From Enterobacteriaceae bacterium UBA7338 (lineage in GTDB: Bacteria; Pseudomonadota; Gammaproteobacteria; Enterobacterales; Enterobacteriaceae): a stretch of DNA of 40,000 nt. The stretch covers positions 205,684 through 245,683 of the forward strand of contig DKPJ01000017.1 in the NCBI GenBank assembly GCA_002480085.1, given 5' to 3'. Both the position numbers and the translations under genes were made by a program. Position 1 is the stretch's first letter, and the number at the start of each line of letters is the position of its first letter. The notes under the pieces are model-generated. The model saw only the letters and a program-made list of their open reading frames with translations, did not search any database and had not been told where the DNA came from. Positions 38,684 to 40,000 of the stretch are shown piece after piece.

Positions 38684-39011
38684 TGATTATTTATCACTTT
38701 GGCAGAGTAATTATCCTGTGCAATTTAAATAGCGCTGCTCTCGCCGCACATTTAACAGAATGCATTTAATTACTGTTAAATATAACTGGCATCTGTCTGA
38801 AAAAGCGCCCGATCAAATGCAGCCGACTGATAGTATGAGCGAAGGTGATTAATACCCCTTATGATCCAGAGACATAACGTTAAACCACAGGCGGACAACG
38901 CCGGGCAGGACAATGGCAAAATAGTTTAGTAAAGTTGCGTTTTAACGCTGAAAGAATTGTTGCAGCTAACGGAATTACAGGCAAGGTTCGGCTTTACCTG
39001 ATGCCAGTTTT

Positions 39012-39059
39012 TAAGAATAAGATTAAGTCGCTATTTTTAACGTTTTAGGAATTACTTCA
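39012..39059. promoter_or_regulatory. Candidate RcsAB-box region upstream of the wza operon (two half-matching boxes)
   Basis: TAAGAATAAGATTA (39012-39025) matches the left 8 nt of the RcsAB consensus TaAGaatatTCctA. On the wza-sense strand, TGAAGTAATTCCTA (39059-39046) matches the right 7 nt (ATTCCTA) exactly. Both lie about 330-375 bp upstream of the wza ATG, consistent with a long leader. Neither is a full consensus match. Confidence 0.3.
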
Positions 39060-39158
39060 TATTGACAAAAAAAATAGACACTTTTACATCTGCGATATAT
39101 CCTAATTTACACTCCCGCAGAGACGGGTAATTATTTTCTGGAGGTTACAAAACGTATT

Positions 39159-40000
39159 ATGGAATGGATTGCCGATCCATCAATCTGGGCCGGGCTGCTG
39201 ACGCTGGTGGTGCTTGAGCTGGTGTTAGGTATTGATAACCTGGTCTTTATTGCCATTCTTGCGGAGAAGCTGCCGCCTGGCCAACGCGACCGGGCGCGGG
39301 TCACCGGCCTGGTGCTGGCAATGGTGATGCGCCTGCTGCTGCTGGCCTCGATCTCCTGGCTGGTAACCCTCACCACGCCCCTCTTCTCGCTGCGCGGCTT
39401 TAGCTTCAGCGCCCGGGATCTGATCATGCTGTTTGGCGGCCTCTTTCTGCTCTTTAAGGCCACGGTTGAACTCAACGAGCGGCTGGAGGGCAAAGACAGC
39501 GACAACCCTACCCAGCGGCGCGGGGCCAGATTCTGGCCGGTAGTGACGCAGATTGTGGTGCTGGACGCGATCTTCTCGCTGGACTCGGTGATCACCGCCG
39601 TGGGGATGGTCGATCATCTGGCGGTGATGATGGCAGCGGTAGTGATTGCCATTGCGCTGATGCTGCTGGCCAGCAAGGCGCTGACGCGCTTTGTTAACAG
39701 CCATCCGACTATCGTTATTCTCTGTCTCAGCTTCCTGCTGATGATCGGCTTCAGCCTGATCGCCGACGGCTTCGGCTTCCACATTCCGAAAGGCTACCTG
39801 TATGCCGCCATTGGCTTCTCGGTGATGATCGAAGCTCTTAACCAGCTGGCTATCTTCAACCGCCGCCGCTTTCTCTCCGCTAACCAGACCCTGCGCCAGC
39901 GTACCACCGACGCGGTAATGCGCCTGCTGAGCAACAGAAAAGAGGATGCCGAGCTGGACGTGGAGACCTCCTCCCTGCTGGCAGACCATGATAATCACCA
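39159..40000 (+). CDS. yegH: TerC-family inner-membrane protein YegH, 5' part; the gene runs off the right edge
   Basis: Hand translation from ATG 39159 gives [51 protein letters not shown]..., open for 280 codons to the window end. The N-terminus matches E. coli YegH as I recall it ([13 protein letters not shown]...[17 protein letters not shown]). It is divergent from wza as in E. coli. It is absent from the ORF track, which lists only antisense ORFs here. Confidence 0.88.
   Translation, partial: MEWIADPSIWAGLLTLVVLELVLGIDNLVFIAILAEKLPPGQRDRARVTGLVLAMVMRLLLLASISWLVTLTTPLFSLRGFSFSARDLIMLFGGLFLLFKATVELNERLEGKDSDNPTQRRGARFWPVVTQIVVLDAIFSLDSVITAVGMVDHLAVMMAAVVIAIALMLLASKALTRFVNSHPTIVILCLSFLLMIGFSLIADGFGFHIPKGYLYAAIGFSVMIEALNQLAIFNRRRFLSANQTLRQRTTDAVMRLLSNRKEDAELDVETSSLLADHDNH

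Noticed and set aside
38694-38765. A 23-codon upstream ORF in the wza leader (MHSVKCAARAALFKLHRIITLPK, minus strand) ending 10 nt before the wza ATG, and a 15-codon + strand ORF at 39001..39048
   Set aside because: Neither start codon has a recognisable Shine-Dalgarno. Small ORFs of this size are expected by chance in AT-rich intergenic DNA. There is no supporting feature such as a leader-peptide-type codon run.
39131-39998. 154-aa and 257-aa minus-strand ORFs at the right edge, the only ORFs the track lists here
   Set aside because: The + strand frame from 39159 encodes a recognisable YegH/TerC N-terminus and is open to the window end. The minus-strand ORFs are its antisense shadows, with R/S/Q/H-rich products.
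1-40000. A search for mobile elements, CRISPR arrays, tRNA/rRNA genes, defence or toxin-antitoxin modules, or other non-polysaccharide cargo
   Set aside because: Every ORF of meaningful size is accounted for by the yegH / wca / galF / O-antigen / gnd / ugd / wzz synteny. Intergenic gaps are short (475 bp or less) and are occupied by leaders and terminators. I saw no terminal inverted repeats, direct-repeat arrays or integrase/transposase-like translations.

Overview
This window is the enterobacterial surface-polysaccharide super-locus, syntenic with the E. coli K-12 45-min region. Every gene except yegH is on the minus strand. Reading right to left on that strand:

- **yegH** (39159..40000, + strand, divergent, 3' truncated by the window edge).
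- **Colanic acid cluster**, complete and apparently intact: wza-wzb-wzc-wcaABCDEF-gmd-fcl-gmm-wcaI-cpsB-cpsG-wcaJ-wzxC-wcaKLM (38683 down to 16294).
- **galF**.
- **JUMPstart/ops element** at 14925..14963, an exact ops match.
- **12-gene Wzx/Wzy-type O-antigen cluster** (14864 down to 3339): rmlB, rmlA, an FdtA/QdtA-type 3,4-ketoisomerase, a hexapeptide N-acetyltransferase, a DegT-type aminotransferase, wzx, two GT2 genes, wzy, two GT4 genes and gne.
- **gnd**, **ugd**, and the first 60 codons of **wzzB** (180..1).

All housekeeping and colanic acid genes have the lengths I recall for E. coli, and I saw no frameshifts. The wca genes are very GC-rich and the O-antigen core is very AT-rich. Hand counts of single 60-nt lines gave 40/60 G+C at 19021-19080 against 11/60 at 6841-6900. 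This is the classic signature of a laterally exchanged O-antigen cassette in a fairly GC-rich Enterobacteriaceae host. I cannot name the genus from the sequence alone.

I found no IS or transposon, integrase, CRISPR array, tRNA or rRNA, toxin-antitoxin pair, or defence-like gene. I see no evidence for a previously undescribed system. The real novelty potential is limited to three things:

- the serotype-specific part of the O-antigen cluster;
- a few intercistronic or leader RNA structures;
- the regulatory leaders.

The many long plus-strand ORFs in the track are antisense shadow ORFs of GC-rich genes. All coordinates for small elements were indexed by hand.
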